Below are positions 9,577-18,226 of a stretch of 64,000 nucleotides of DNA, one piece after another (position 1 is the first letter of the stretch; each line of letters begins with the position of its first letter). The stretch is from contig CAYPXR010000093.1 in assembly GCA_964414585.1 (NCBI GenBank), positions 10,279-74,278 on the forward strand. The letters run 5' to 3'. This stretch comes from an uncultured Planctomycetaceae bacterium (GTDB taxonomy: Bacteria > Planctomycetota > Phycisphaerae > UBA1845 > UTPLA1). Made by a program: the position numbers and the translations under genes. The notes below the pieces were generated by a model, which was given only the letters and a program-made list of their open reading frames with translations, did not search any database and was not told the DNA's origin.

Positions 9577-11111
9577 TGGGAGAAACTAACGTGACCAAAC
9601 GAGGGCTCCTGGGATTCCTGCTGTTGGCTTGGCCGATCGCGGCCCTGGGCGCGGACCCGCCATCGACTCCGCTTGAATTCGCCGTCCGCTTCGATCCCGC
9701 GGTTCGCAGCGAACCTTTCACCGGCCGGATCATCTTTTTTCTTTCCAGCAAGACCGGCAACGAACCGCGAGTGTCGCACTCGTGGCTCAGCCGCCAGCCG
9801 GTTTTCGGTCAGGACGTGCGCGATTGGAAACCCGGCGAGGAGATTCGAATCACCACGCCCGCCGGCTATCCCTACACCCTGAACAAACTGCCGAAGAAAA
9901 AGTACGCCATTCAGGCCGTCATGCACACCAACCCCGACGAGCCGCACTCTGGCACCGCCGAGGGCAATCTGTACAGCAAACCGATCACGATGGAAATCGA
10001 CCCCGAAACCACCGGCGTCATCCAACTCAAGATCGATCAGGTCGCAGGGCCCGCCAAGCCGAAGATGAGCATACCGCGGACGAAGGAGATCAAGTTGAAA
10101 AGCGAACTCCTTTCGCGCTTTCACGGCCGCGATATCTTTCTCCGGGCGATCGTCCTCCTGCCGGAGGCCTATGAAAAGGAACCGGACCGCAAGTTCAATG
10201 CCCTCTATGTCATTCCCGGTTTCGGCGGCGACGAGCGCGAAGCCGCGATGTACGCGGCGTTTCTGGGAAAGTCGGAGGAGCCCTTCGTGCGCATCGGGCT
10301 CGCCGGCATGTGCGCCCTGGGTCATCACGTCTACGCGGATTCGGATAACAACGGGCCGTGGGGCGCCGCGCTCGTCGAGGAATTGATCCCACATCTGGAG
10401 AAGGAATTCCGCCTGATTCCCGAGCCGAAGGCACGCCTCCTGACCGGTCATTCCTCCGGCGGATGGAGCAGCTTGTGGGTGCAGATCACTCACCCGGACT
10501 ACTTCGGCGGCGTTTGGTCGACGTCGCCGGACTCGGTCGATTTCCACGATTTCTCGGGGATCGATCTCTACAACCCCAAGTCGAATTTCTTCAAGGAAGC
10601 CGATGGCGAGAAATGGCCGATCATGCGCGACGGCGGGAACATAAGGCTGCGGCTCAAGGACTTCGCAAAGATGGAGGACGTGATCGGCCCCGGCGGACAG
10701 ATGCACTCGTTCGAGGCCGTTTTCGGACCGCGCGGAAAGGACGGCAAGCCCGTGCCGCTCTGGGACCGCAAGACGGGCAAGATCGACGCCGACGTGATGA
10801 AGGTCTGGCGGCGCTACGACATCGTCGACAAACTCCAGCGCGAATGGCCCACGCTCGGTCCGAAGCTCAAAGGCAAGATCACCGTCATCATGGGCGACGA
10901 GGACAACTTCTACCTCAACGGCGCGGTCCACCGCCTCAGGGACGCCCTCGCCAAACTCGGCAGCGACGCCCGCGTCTTCATCGAGCCGGGCAAGGACCAC
11001 GGCTCGATCATGTTCTCGAAGCCCTTTCGAATGATGATGGACGAGATGAGCGAACGGGTCTCGAAAGATCAATCGACGGGACGTCCCCCAACGACTTCCA
11101 CGGATAAATGA
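9573..11111 (+). CDS. secreted alpha/beta-hydrolase, putative esterase family
   Basis: Signal peptide LLGFLLLAWPIAALGA. Nucleophile elbow GHSSGG within LTGHSSGGWSSLWVQITHPDYFGGVWSTSPD (enterochelin-esterase-like 'putative esterase' pattern). Start overlaps the upstream stop (ATGA). Alternative GTG at 9591 lies behind GGGAGA. Confidence 0.7.
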   Translation: MMGETNVTKRGLLGFLLLAWPIAALGADPPSTPLEFAVRFDPAVRSEPFTGRIIFFLSSKTGNEPRVSHSWLSRQPVFGQDVRDWKPGEEIRITTPAGYPYTLNKLPKKKYAIQAVMHTNPDEPHSGTAEGNLYSKPITMEIDPETTGVIQLKIDQVAGPAKPKMSIPRTKEIKLKSELLSRFHGRDIFLRAIVLLPEAYEKEPDRKFNALYVIPGFGGDEREAAMYAAFLGKSEEPFVRIGLAGMCALGHHVYADSDNNGPWGAALVEELIPHLEKEFRLIPEPKARLLTGHSSGGWSSLWVQITHPDYFGGVWSTSPDSVDFHDFSGIDLYNPKSNFFKEADGEKWPIMRDGGNIRLRLKDFAKMEDVIGPGGQMHSFEAVFGPRGKDGKPVPLWDRKTGKIDADVMKVWRRYDIVDKLQREWPTLGPKLKGKITVIMGDEDNFYLNGAVHRLRDALAKLGSDARVFIEPGKDHGSIMFSKPFRMMMDEMSERVSKDQSTGRPPTTSTDK

Positions 11112-11157
11112 GAAGAATGACTCCGCCTTTTGAGTAGCCATTTGCGGAAACAAAATA

Positions 11158-11203
11158 AGAGTACCCCGTTCGCGCGGGGCTCCGCGTCGGCACGGGGTAC
11201 TCT
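11158..11203. terminator. hairpin between convergent genes (candidate bidirectional terminator)
   Basis: AGAGTACCCCG (11158-11168) pairs perfectly with CGGGGTACTCT (11193-11203). An inner GC-rich sub-hairpin is present. A-run upstream and T-poor downstream. Lies 47 nt after the esterase stop. Confidence 0.45.
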
Positions 11204-11286
11204 CTTAGCCGCCACGCCATGGCGACGGTCGCTCTTGCGAATTTGACCCAAAAGTCTGGGGCAGACTTCAGGTCCATTGTCAATCC

Positions 11287-11397
11287 CTACAGCGGATTCA
11301 CGGTCGGGAGGCGAAAGAACGCGACCTGAAACAGCCAGGTGACCGCCGCGATCGGCCAGAGGAAGAGCGTTCCAAGCAACAAGAACCATTCTGACAT
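11287..11397 (-). CDS. 36-aa hydrophobic small protein (below ORF-track cutoff)
   Basis: AGGAGA, 6 nt, then ATG. Peptide MSEWFLLLGTLFLWPIAAVTWLFQVAFFRLPTVNPL has one predicted TM helix. Own promoter-like element upstream and hairpins downstream. Confidence 0.4.
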   Translation of the reverse strand: MSEWFLLLGTLFLWPIAAVTWLFQVAFFRLPTVNPL

Positions 11398-11461
11398 CGA
11401 AGTTCTCCTAACATGAGCAGATTCGCTCGGCCCACATGAACCGGGGCCTGCACGCCCGAAC

Positions 11462-11490
11462 TATATACAGAGCGCGTCATCAACAGTCAA
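11462..11490 (-). promoter_or_regulatory. sigma70-like promoter (TTGACT-N17-TATATA) on minus strand
   Basis: Reverse complement reads TTGACTgttgatgacgcgctctgTATATA. It lies between the E2 stop (11523) and the small ORF start (11397). Confidence 0.4.
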
Positions 11491-11522
11491 TAGACAAAAT
11501 AGTCCGAAATTGGGGAAATGGA

Positions 11523-12908
11523 TCAGGACACCAGCAGCAGATTCAATGGATTTTCCATGTAGGCCATGACGCTGCGGACAAACCGCGCGCCGTCCGCCCC
11601 GTCGATCACGCGATGATCGAAGGACAGAAACAGCGGCAACATCTTTCGGGCGACGATCTGCCCGTCGCGAACGACGGGCTTCAACTCCAGCTTGCCCATG
11701 CCGAGGATGGCGACTTCCGGCCAGTTGATGATCGGCGTGGCCATGGTCCCGCCAAGCGCGCCGACGTTGGTGATGGTGAACGAGCCGCCCCGCATGTCGG
11801 CGATGTCCAGTTTGAAGTCGCGGGCCTTCTCGCCCATCTCCTTCAGCTCCTTGGAAATCGTCAACAGCCCCTTGCGGTCGGCATCGCGAAGCACCGGCAC
11901 CATGAGCCCCTTGGGCGAATCCACGGCAATGCCGATGTGGACATAATCCTTGAAGATCATTTCCGACCGCGCGTCGTCGAAGGAAGCGTTGAGCTGCGGG
12001 AATTGTCTCAGCGCCCCCGCGACCGCCTTCACGACGAAGGCGGTGAGCGTCAGCTTCGCCCCTTTATCGGCGAAGATCTCGCTCTGTTCCTTGCGGAAGG
12101 CCTCCAGGTCCGTCACGTCCACTTCGTCGCAATGTGTGACGTGCGGAATCGTCGTGACCGAACGCACCATGGCTCGCGCGATGGTCTTGCGAATCTGCGG
12201 GATCGCCTCGCGGCGGACCGGTCCCCACTGCGCGAAATCCGGAAGCGGCTCGGCACTGACCGGCGCGGACGGCGCGGCCATCGGACGCGGCGGTGCGGCG
12301 GCCGGGGCGGCCGGTCTGGCGGTTGAAGCCGCGGGCTTGGTGACGGGCGGCGCGCCATGTCCGGTCGGGCCGGCGAGCTGGTAGCGTTCCAGGTCCTCGC
12401 GGACGATTCGGCCGCCGGGGCCGGTGCCGTGGACCTGCCGCAAGTCGATTCCAGACTCACGGGCTTGTCGGCGGATGGCGGGCGCGGCGGGGATCGGACC
12501 GCCGTAATCGGGAACCGGCGCCTCGGCAATTTGCGCGGGTTGTTGAACGGCCGCGGGATGCGCGGCCGGGGCCTGCCGTGGGGCGGGAGCGCGAGGTGCG
12601 TCGTCTTCCTCGCTCGCGGCCGGTTTCTGCGGGGCGGCGGATTTTCTTTCGGCGGATGAGGCGGCGCCACCGCCGTCATCGACCGTCAGCAGCACCGAGC
12701 CGACTTTGACGGTGTCACCTTTCTTCACGTTTAGACTGGTGATCTTGCCTCCGAACGGCACCGGCAACTCTACGGCCGCCTTGTCCGTCTCGACCTCCAT
12801 GACCATCTGGTCGGCCTTGACGGTGTCGCCCTCGGCGACGCTGACGTTGACGATCGCCGCTTCGTGAATGCCTTCGCCCAGGTCCGGTAGCTTGAATTCC
12901 TTCGCCAT
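11523..12908 (-). CDS. dihydrolipoamide acyltransferase, E2 component of a 2-oxoacid dehydrogenase complex
   Basis: Lipoyl domain with METDKAAVE, Ala/Pro linkers, E3/E1-binding segment (PAIRRQARESGIDLRQVHGTGPGGRI), catalytic DHRVIDGA. Confidence 0.9.
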   Translation of the reverse strand: MAKEFKLPDLGEGIHEAAIVNVSVAEGDTVKADQMVMEVETDKAAVELPVPFGGKITSLNVKKGDTVKVGSVLLTVDDGGGAASSAERKSAAPQKPAASEEDDAPRAPAPRQAPAAHPAAVQQPAQIAEAPVPDYGGPIPAAPAIRRQARESGIDLRQVHGTGPGGRIVREDLERYQLAGPTGHGAPPVTKPAASTARPAAPAAAPPRPMAAPSAPVSAEPLPDFAQWGPVRREAIPQIRKTIARAMVRSVTTIPHVTHCDEVDVTDLEAFRKEQSEIFADKGAKLTLTAFVVKAVAGALRQFPQLNASFDDARSEMIFKDYVHIGIAVDSPKGLMVPVLRDADRKGLLTISKELKEMGEKARDFKLDIADMRGGSFTITNVGALGGTMATPIINWPEVAILGMGKLELKPVVRDGQIVARKMLPLFLSFDHRVIDGADGARFVRSVMAYMENPLNLLLVS

Positions 12909-12962
12909 CGTTACGCTTTCACTTCCTGTGGATGAATGTTGACCGCGCCAATTCCCACGACG

Positions 12963-13943
12963 TTAGTACCCGACCACTTCCCGCGCGGCCGTGACGACTT
13001 TTTTCGCGTCGGGCAGATACGGCCGCTCCTGATTGAAAAAGGGCAGTACCAGATCGTACCCCGTCACGCGCTGGATCGGCGCTTCCAGGAACATCATCGC
13101 ATTTTCGACGATCCGAGCGATGATCTCGGCGGCGGGACCGCAATTTCGAGGCGCCTCGTGAACCACGACGCATCGGCCCGTTTTTTTGACGGACTCGGTG
13201 ATCGTTTGCGTATCCATCGGGACCAGCGAGAGCAAATCGATCAATTCGGCGTTGATCTGATGCTCCTCTTCCAGTTCCTCGGCGGCCTCCAGGACCGGCC
13301 GCATCGACGCGCCGTAAGAGATGATCGTGACGTCGCGACCCTCGCGGACCACGTTCGCCTTGCCGATCTCCATTGCCTCCGGTTCGTCCGGCACTTCCTC
13401 TTTGAACGCGCGGTAAGAGGCCTTCGGTTCGTAAAAGATCACCGGATCGGGATCGAGAATCGACGCCCGCAGGAGCGCCCGCGCATTGCGCGGTCCCGAC
13501 GGGATCACGACTTTGAGTCCCGGCAGGTGCGCCCAGATCGCCTCGCGGCTTTCGCTGTGATGCTCGATCGCCCGGATGCCGCCGCCGTAAGGCATGCGGA
13601 TGACCATGGGGCAGGTGTATCGACCGCGCGTCCGGTTGCGAAACCGGCTGGCATGATTTTCGATCTGGTGAAAAGCGTGGTAGCCGAATCCGGAAAACTG
13701 CATCTCCGCAATCGGTCGAAATCCGGCGAAGCACAGGCCGACCGCGACCCCGGCGATCGCCGATTCGGCGACGGGAAAATCGATGACGCGATCGGGACCG
13801 AAGTCCTTGAGCAGTCCTTCGGTGATGCGAAAGACCCCCTCGTCCTGCCCGACATCCTGACCCAGGATGATCGTCATGGGGTCTTCCTTCATCGCCTCGT
13901 GCAGGGCGAGGTTGAGCGCCTTTGCCATCGTCAGTTGAGCCAT
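12963..13943 (-). CDS. 2-oxoacid dehydrogenase E1 component, beta subunit
   Basis: 326 aa; MAQLTMAKALNLALHEAMKEDP...GQDVG..GGVF-type N-terminus and transketolase-like pyrimidine-binding and C-terminal domains. Sits between the E1alpha and E2 genes. Confidence 0.9.
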   Translation of the reverse strand: MAQLTMAKALNLALHEAMKEDPMTIILGQDVGQDEGVFRITEGLLKDFGPDRVIDFPVAESAIAGVAVGLCFAGFRPIAEMQFSGFGYHAFHQIENHASRFRNRTRGRYTCPMVIRMPYGGGIRAIEHHSESREAIWAHLPGLKVVIPSGPRNARALLRASILDPDPVIFYEPKASYRAFKEEVPDEPEAMEIGKANVVREGRDVTIISYGASMRPVLEAAEELEEEHQINAELIDLLSLVPMDTQTITESVKKTGRCVVVHEAPRNCGPAAEIIARIVENAMMFLEAPIQRVTGYDLVLPFFNQERPYLPDAKKVVTAAREVVGY

Positions 13944-14002
13944 CGACTACTCCGGTCTTGTTTCTTTCTACCGCAATCTCTGCGTCTCGGTGGGAGACAC
14001 TC

Positions 14003-15136
14003 CTAATGAACGCTTCGATACACCTGCGAATCCTGGCTCTCCGAGTTGCCCTCGCCGTTCGACGCCGAATTCAGGTAAGCCTGGAACTCGGCATATTGTA
14101 ATTCCAGATGGTTGGGCATCGTCGCGAAGCAATGATGGAACGGTTCCGTCACGCTCGGCTCGAATTTCTCCGCCTTGTCGATCGCTTCGCTGATCTCCCG
14201 GGTGACCTCTTCCTCCAGGACATCGCGGGCCTTGTCATCCATGATCTGATGTTTCTTGAGATACTTGTAGAACCGGGCGAGCGGGTCGCGGACCTTCCAC
14301 TGTTCGACCTCGTCCTCGGTGCGATACTTCTTGGGGTCGTCGGCCGTCGTATGCACGCCGAGCCGATAGGTCACCGCCTCAATGAGCGTCGGTCCGCCGC
14401 CGCTCTTCGCACGGGCCACCGCCTCGCCCGCGGCGACGATCATCGCCAGGATGTCGTTGCCGTCGGCCTGGATGCCGTCGAAGCCGTAACCCAGGCACTT
14501 TTGCGCGAGCGTCGGCGACGCGCACTGCTTGGCTCGCGGCAGCGAAATCGCCCATTGGTTGTTCTGAATGATGAAAACCAGCGGAAGTTTGAACGCCCCG
14601 GCGACGTTCATCGCCTCATGAAAATCGCCTTCGCTCGTTCCGCCGTCGCCGAGGAAACAGAGGACCGCCGCGCCGTCTTTCTTGATCTTGCAGCCCCAGG
14701 CGATCCCCGCGGCATAAAGACACTGGCTCGAGACCGGAACGCAAATCGGCAGGTCGCGCACATCCTTGGGCGTTTGTGCCCCGACCTCGTTGCCACCCCA
14801 CCAGAGAATCAGCCTTTCAATCGGCCAGCCGCGATGGATCATCGCCGCCGGCTCGCGGAACGAGGGCACCAGCCAGTCCGTCTTTGCCAGGACATACGCC
14901 GGTCCGAGCGACGCCGCTTCCTGACCCAGGGCAGGTCCATACGTCCCTATTCGCCCCTGACGCTGAAGTTTAAGCATCCGCTCGTCATAGCGCCGGGCCA
15001 TCAGCAGCCCCCGAAGAAGCTTGCGAAGCTCTTGCGCGTCCAGCTTCGGGTCGAGCGCCGGATCGGCGTTCCCCTCGGGATCGAGGATGGAAAGCGATTC
15101 GACCTTGTTCGCGAGTTCGATCTTGCCTCGGGGCAC
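14003..15136 (-). CDS. 2-oxoacid dehydrogenase E1 component, alpha subunit (TPP-dependent; PDH/BCKDH type)
   Basis: TPP-binding GDGGTSEGDFHEAMNVA...NNQWAIS and YRLGVHTTADDPKKYR. GTG start (VPRGKIEL...). I cannot separate pyruvate from branched-chain specificity by eye. Confidence 0.9.
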   Translation of the reverse strand: MPRGKIELANKVESLSILDPEGNADPALDPKLDAQELRKLLRGLLMARRYDERMLKLQRQGRIGTYGPALGQEAASLGPAYVLAKTDWLVPSFREPAAMIHRGWPIERLILWWGGNEVGAQTPKDVRDLPICVPVSSQCLYAAGIAWGCKIKKDGAAVLCFLGDGGTSEGDFHEAMNVAGAFKLPLVFIIQNNQWAISLPRAKQCASPTLAQKCLGYGFDGIQADGNDILAMIVAAGEAVARAKSGGGPTLIEAVTYRLGVHTTADDPKKYRTEDEVEQWKVRDPLARFYKYLKKHQIMDDKARDVLEEEVTREISEAIDKAEKFEPSVTEPFHHCFATMPNHLELQYAEFQAYLNSASNGEGNSESQDSQVYRSVH

Positions 15137-15347
15137 GCGCGTCCTCCCGTATTTTTCCCCTCATTCTTCAAGGGAAAGGGTTGGCTGAGGGTCCGACCGT
15201 CAAGTTATCTACGGCATGCCATTGTAGCCGATAGGCCCGCGTTGCCAAATCAATCGAATAGGACGGGCTCATGTTGTGAATTTAGACGCCTCTGGGTCAA
15301 GAGAGTGGAGCGGTTATAATGGGCGCTGCGGACAGGAGACTTACGGC

Positions 15348-18209
15348 GTGGAGGCCGCTTCGGGCATTCCGACTATTCCGGGCTATCGCCTAATCAAAAA
15401 GATCGGGCAGGGTGCGTCCGGAACTGTATGGCTTGCTGAAGAGCCGCTCTCCAGCCGTAAAGTTGCCGTAAAAATCTTGCCCAAATCAGCCGAAGGCAAG
15501 CAGAACATTGGCCGCGAACTCAACGGCATCCGCCAATTCCAACAAATCGCGCGCGGGCATCACGATATCGTTCAAATACTCAAGTTGGACGAAACCGAGG
15601 ATTGCTGCTACTACTCGATGGAGTTGGCGGACGATGCCGCCACGTCGAAGCCGCTGACATCTTCCGATGGAGACGCTTCCACGTATGTTCCGTTGACGTT
15701 GAAACACGTCATCAGCGCTGAAGCCCCCCTCGATCCGGAACGCGCCCTGGACATTATCACGCACATTCTCCGTGGGCTGGATCACCTTCACGCCAGGAAA
15801 CTGATTCATCGTGACGTAAAGCCTGCCAATATCCTCTTCGTGAACGAACGGCCCGAGCTCGGCGATTTGGGCTTGGTCACGCCATCGGATCGAGAAGTGA
15901 CACAAGTCGGCACCCCCGGTTACATGCCGCCGGGCGCTAAAGTGGATAAAACGTCCGATCTCTACGCCGCCGGAATCGTCCTTTATGAAATGATTACGGG
16001 ATTACGGGGCAGCGACTTTCCTACGTTGTCGGGCCGCCGTTTCAAGACCGATGCAAAAACGCGAGCGTTTCAAATTGCGAACGATACGGTCAAGCGGTCT
16101 GTCCGTCCGCTTGCCGGCGATCGCTTTCAATCGGCGCGGGACATGCTCGAACATATCGAAAACGCTCGGTCGGGCACTGCCCGCAATCGCAAACTACTGA
16201 TAACAGCATCACTCGTCGTCATCCTGGGCTTGCTAATCGCAGTGGGCGGCGCGCAAGCCCGAAAGTACTTTGTTGCAAACCGACCGGAATCATCTCCTTC
16301 AATCCCTCGTGCCATAACATCGCGGCAATTGTCCTACGAAGAAGGCGGAGCAGCGGGCACGATCCAAGTCGGTTATTCAGACGGCGCCGCGAAAAATCAC
16401 AAATTTCCGACCCCAACGAAAGGTGTTGTCGTCGGAGAGTTTTCACCAGGTAAAACTTCTATTGCCGTAGGCTTCGAAGGGAAAGGCCCTGATTCGGGAA
16501 AACTAGAAATCTTTGATGCGGCTGATTTCCGTGCGACCGATAACCCCATGCCCATCTTCGAAGAGACATTTTGTGACAATCCACCCGCCGCCTGGGACTT
16601 TCAAGATCACCCACTGATCTGTGCCATCAAGCCCCAATTGGCGGTAGACCTCGATGGGATCCCCGGCGACGAATTAGTGATCGCGGCGCTTCATGATGAC
16701 GGTCCTTGCGAAGTTATTATCATGAAGCCTAACGGCCGGAAGATCGGAAGCTTCTGGCACTATGGATGGCTTACGGCTGTGCGGGCCGACGATTTAGACA
16801 GCGATGGAAAGAGAGAACTAATTTGCTCCGGAGTTGCGAACTGGCGAGAATCTCCAACGCCATTTGGCAGGCGGAGCGAGGTGCTGCATAGTTGCATTAT
16901 GGTCTTACGACCAGAATCCCTGGAATCGACGATCGGCTATTGGGGCCCCTTTGCTTGGATGTGCAAGGATTCCAAAGTCGCCCCGAGCGCGTACGGCTAT
17001 CTCTTGCCCGGACAATCGCGTGACGATCGTTGGGATATGAAGAGCTGTGATGTTTTTCATGGACCCAATGGACCGACAATTCGAGCAAGGCTTAGCTTTG
17101 ATCTGTTTCTGGACCTGAACGCCGATTTAACGCCAATTCGGGCCTTATTTGAAGCGTACGGCGGCCAACGAAATGCCACGCCACCGCCGGTTGACGAAAT
17201 CTGGAAGAGAACTTGGCCGTCTGACAATTCCAGAAAAACTTTACCACCGCACTCTCACATAAGTGCTATCTCAGCGCGGATTCTCCCTCGCGCGAGTGGT
17301 CAAAAATCGAGCGAGCCTTCGCCGCTCAATGTGCTATTCGACAACGGCCGCGAAAAGTTGACAATGTTCTCGACTCCGCCTACTGCGGCCTTGGTTGGAA
17401 GATATCAGACAAATGAATCATTCGTTGCCGTCGGATTCGGTTCCTTAGGACCACTAAGCGGATCGATCGCGATCTACGACGCCAACGAGTTATGGGAGTC
17501 CCTTTCGCCAAAGGCTACCACTGAGCAACGGGTATGCGAGCCGCCACCTGCACAATGGGGGGTTGGGAAGGAGGCGCTGCATTGTGCGCTCGCGCCCCTG
17601 CTTGCCGTCGACCTCGACGGTATTCCAGGAGATGAATTGTGCCTGACCTCCAACCACGATAACGGCTGTTCAGAGTTGATCATTATGAAGCCGGGCGGCG
17701 AGATACTTGGTAGATTTTGGCATCACGGTTGGATTGACGATGTTCGCGCTGCTGACCTCGATGGTGACGACCAGCCCGAGTTAGTCTGCAGGGCGTGGGC
17801 CACTCGGCGATCAAGTCCGCCTCCAGGAGACTCATCATCTCGACCCGACGCAAAAAGTTTGTTCACACTGAGTCCTCGCGAGGTCATGGGTGGGACTGGC
17901 CATTGGGGTCTGAATGAGTGGATGAAAAAGGATTCAAGAGTCACACCGCGTGCGTATGGGTATTTCGCGGAATACTCGGATTACAGCTTGGAAATTGTTG
18001 GGGGCCAGGGTGCCCCCATTATTCGGGTAACTCTTGGAAACAGCAATTCTTACATTGATTTGCGATGGAACCTCTCCCCAATCAAGGTCGGCTATTTCTC
18101 AGGATCGGCTGACAGGAGCAAGCCCCTTAGGTCAGCCGCCGAAATCTGGACTCGAACCTGGCCGCCCGACCCGGATTCCGCAAAAGATTCCTCCGCGAAC
18201 GGGGAATAG
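15348..18209 (+). CDS. membrane-anchored Ser/Thr protein kinase with duplicated extracytoplasmic FG-GAP/VCBS-like modules
   Basis: GQGASGTVW P-loop, VAVK, HRDVKPANILF catalytic loop, GTPGYMPPG. TM helix LLITASLVVILGLLIAVGG. GTG 15348 follows AGGAGA (8 nt); the ORF-track start 15276 is also possible. Confidence 0.8.
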   Translation: MEAASGIPTIPGYRLIKKIGQGASGTVWLAEEPLSSRKVAVKILPKSAEGKQNIGRELNGIRQFQQIARGHHDIVQILKLDETEDCCYYSMELADDAATSKPLTSSDGDASTYVPLTLKHVISAEAPLDPERALDIITHILRGLDHLHARKLIHRDVKPANILFVNERPELGDLGLVTPSDREVTQVGTPGYMPPGAKVDKTSDLYAAGIVLYEMITGLRGSDFPTLSGRRFKTDAKTRAFQIANDTVKRSVRPLAGDRFQSARDMLEHIENARSGTARNRKLLITASLVVILGLLIAVGGAQARKYFVANRPESSPSIPRAITSRQLSYEEGGAAGTIQVGYSDGAAKNHKFPTPTKGVVVGEFSPGKTSIAVGFEGKGPDSGKLEIFDAADFRATDNPMPIFEETFCDNPPAAWDFQDHPLICAIKPQLAVDLDGIPGDELVIAALHDDGPCEVIIMKPNGRKIGSFWHYGWLTAVRADDLDSDGKRELICSGVANWRESPTPFGRRSEVLHSCIMVLRPESLESTIGYWGPFAWMCKDSKVAPSAYGYLLPGQSRDDRWDMKSCDVFHGPNGPTIRARLSFDLFLDLNADLTPIRALFEAYGGQRNATPPPVDEIWKRTWPSDNSRKTLPPHSHISAISARILPRASGQKSSEPSPLNVLFDNGREKLTMFSTPPTAALVGRYQTNESFVAVGFGSLGPLSGSIAIYDANELWESLSPKATTEQRVCEPPPAQWGVGKEALHCALAPLLAVDLDGIPGDELCLTSNHDNGCSELIIMKPGGEILGRFWHHGWIDDVRAADLDGDDQPELVCRAWATRRSSPPPGDSSSRPDAKSLFTLSPREVMGGTGHWGLNEWMKKDSRVTPRAYGYFAEYSDYSLEIVGGQGAPIIRVTLGNSNSYIDLRWNLSPIKVGYFSGSADRSKPLRSAAEIWTRTWPPDPDSAKDSSANGE
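16420..17220 (+). repeat. internal protein-level repeat, module 1 of kinase ectodomain
   Basis: GVVVGEFSPGKTSIAVGF...LAVDLDGIPGDELVIA...IIMKPNGRKIGSFWHYGW...ADDLDSDGKRELIC...SAYGY...EIWKRTWP. Confidence 0.7.
17388..18166 (+). repeat. internal protein-level repeat, module 2 of kinase ectodomain
   Basis: ALVGRYQTNESFVAVGF...LAVDLDGIPGDELCLT...IIMKPGGEILGRFWHHGW...AADLDGDDQPELVC...RAYGY...EIWTRTWP. Collinear with module 1, roughly one third identical by eye. Confidence 0.7.
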
Positions 18210-18226
18210 TAGGGCCGAGGGCAATC

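Noticed and set aside
9570-11153. 527-aa minus-strand ORF
   Set aside because: Antisense to the esterase gene, which has a signal peptide and GxSxG. No motifs; shadow-ORF composition.
12936-15319. + strand ORFs 12936..14006 (356 aa) and 14108..15319 (403 aa)
   Set aside because: Antisense to the E1beta and E1alpha genes, whose products carry clear TPP-enzyme motifs.
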